From: Burkholderiales bacterium
GTDB lineage: Bacteria > Pseudomonadota > Gammaproteobacteria > Burkholderiales > CAIKXV01
Assembly: GCA_038205245.1 (NCBI GenBank)
Contig: JBBRCD010000006.1
Span: 692-64,691, forward strand
Direction: 5' to 3'
Length of the DNA stretch: 64,000 nucleotides
In this document: positions 63,310 through 64,000 of the stretch, piece after piece
Layout: the number at the start of each line of letters is the position of its first letter
Position numbering within the stretch: position 1 is the stretch's first letter
Notes under the pieces: generated by a model
What the model was told of the DNA's origin: nothing
The model's input: the letters and a program-made list of their open reading frames with translations, nothing else
Databases searched by the model: none
Position numbers and translations under genes: made by a program

Positions 63310-64000
63310 ATGAGTTCGTGGCGCAACAGGCTGGGCCTGCTGATGGTGGCGGGGCTGTTTTCGGGCGTCGTGTCCGCGCAGGAGCAATGGTCGTTCCCTG
63401 CCGGCAGCAGCCCGTTGATCGTGGACCGCATGGTCAAGTTCGCGCAGTTGCGCGACAAGGACGTGGTGGTCGATCTGGGTTCCTTTGACGGGCGCATCGT
63501 GCTCGCCGCAGTGCGCAGCAATCCGAACGTGCGCGGCTGGGGCGTGGATATCGATGCCGGCTGGGTGGCCAAGGCCAATGATGAGGCGAAACGGCTGGCT
63601 GTCGCCGACCGGGCGCAGTTCACCCACCGCAACGCGTTCGATGTCGACCTGCGTGAAGTCACGGTGATCAACATGTGGCTGTTTCGCAGCCTGACCCAGC
63701 TGCTCAGGCCGAAGATTCTCGCCGAGGCGCGGCCGGGCACTCGGGTGATCGTCAATGGTGCGCTGATCGACAACGCGAACATGCTCGGCAACTGGCAGCC
63801 GGATATCGTCGACCGCGGCGCCGGCAACGAGAGCCCGATCTTCATGTGGATCGTGCCGGCGCGGGTCGAAGGCGCCTGGACCTGGGAGCTGCCGTTCAAC
63901 GGCACGTCGCGCTCCTACGATCTGCTGTTGAGCCAGCAGTTCCAGATGATCGAGGGGCATGCCCGGGTCGCCAATCGCCGCGAGTCATTGAGCGACGCGC
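63310..64000 (+). CDS. Exported methyltransferase-like protein, paralog 7 (partial; motif I altered to GSFDG)
   Basis: ATG after GGAGGA. MSSWRNRLGLLMVAGLFSGVVSAQ signal. VVDLGSFDGRIVLAA...GVDID...RNAFDVD...INMWLF...ARPGTRVIV. WIVPARVEGAW...QQFQMIEG. Runs off the window end, so it is absent from the ORF track. Confidence 0.8.
   Translation, partial: MSSWRNRLGLLMVAGLFSGVVSAQEQWSFPAGSSPLIVDRMVKFAQLRDKDVVVDLGSFDGRIVLAAVRSNPNVRGWGVDIDAGWVAKANDEAKRLAVADRAQFTHRNAFDVDLREVTVINMWLFRSLTQLLRPKILAEARPGTRVIVNGALIDNANMLGNWQPDIVDRGAGNESPIFMWIVPARVEGAWTWELPFNGTSRSYDLLLSQQFQMIEGHARVANRRESLSDA

Noticed and set aside
52525-63960. Minus-strand ORFs antisense to the paralog family (52525-53733, 58088-58879, 59173-60189, 60429-61202, 61010-61741, 62427-63206, 63243-63905 and 63304-63960).
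   Set aside because: The + strand frames give seven mutually alignable proteins with canonical class I MTase motifs and signal peptides. The minus frames share no motifs beyond what complementarity forces, and they are R/H/D/G-rich.

Overview
Visibly GC-rich, GC3-biased proteobacterial chromosome segment. The gene order looks betaproteobacterial, but that is a guess from synteny. About 46 kb is conserved core: dnaJ-dnaK-grpE, hemH-hrcA, nadK-recN, fur, bamE-dapB-carA-carB-greA, yhbY, rlmE-ftsH-folP-glmM, pstSCAB, tpiA-secG-tRNA-Leu(GAG), a complete nuoA-N operon and a Nudix hydrolase. The last ~18 kb (45.9-64 kb) is accessory-like. It holds a PAS-GGDEF protein with a degenerate GGDAF motif, an orphan ORF, a redoxin plus DsbD/ScsB-like reductase, a membrane-fused spermidine-synthase-like protein, an SDR, an Asp/Glu racemase and an NRAMP transporter. 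The standout is a family of seven paralogous ORFs, six of them in a tight tandem array at 58.2->64 kb and one at 52.9 kb. Each has an N-terminal export-type signal (often with an RR pair), a class I SAM-methyltransferase core that looks intact, and a shared ~100-aa C-terminal domain. An endostatin-like lipoprotein lies next to the outlying copy. This array is my best candidate for an undescribed envelope system. Second in interest is a 91-bp tandem triplication of the carB 5' end. It creates two 32-codon mini-ORFs chained by ATGCCTAA start/stop overlaps and a hairpin just upstream of each following ATG. The window is also dense in intergenic short tandem repeats (8-25 bp units, 12 arrays). No transposase, integrase, CRISPR array or rRNA was seen. 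The many long ORFs antisense to real genes are treated as GC-rich frame artefacts.
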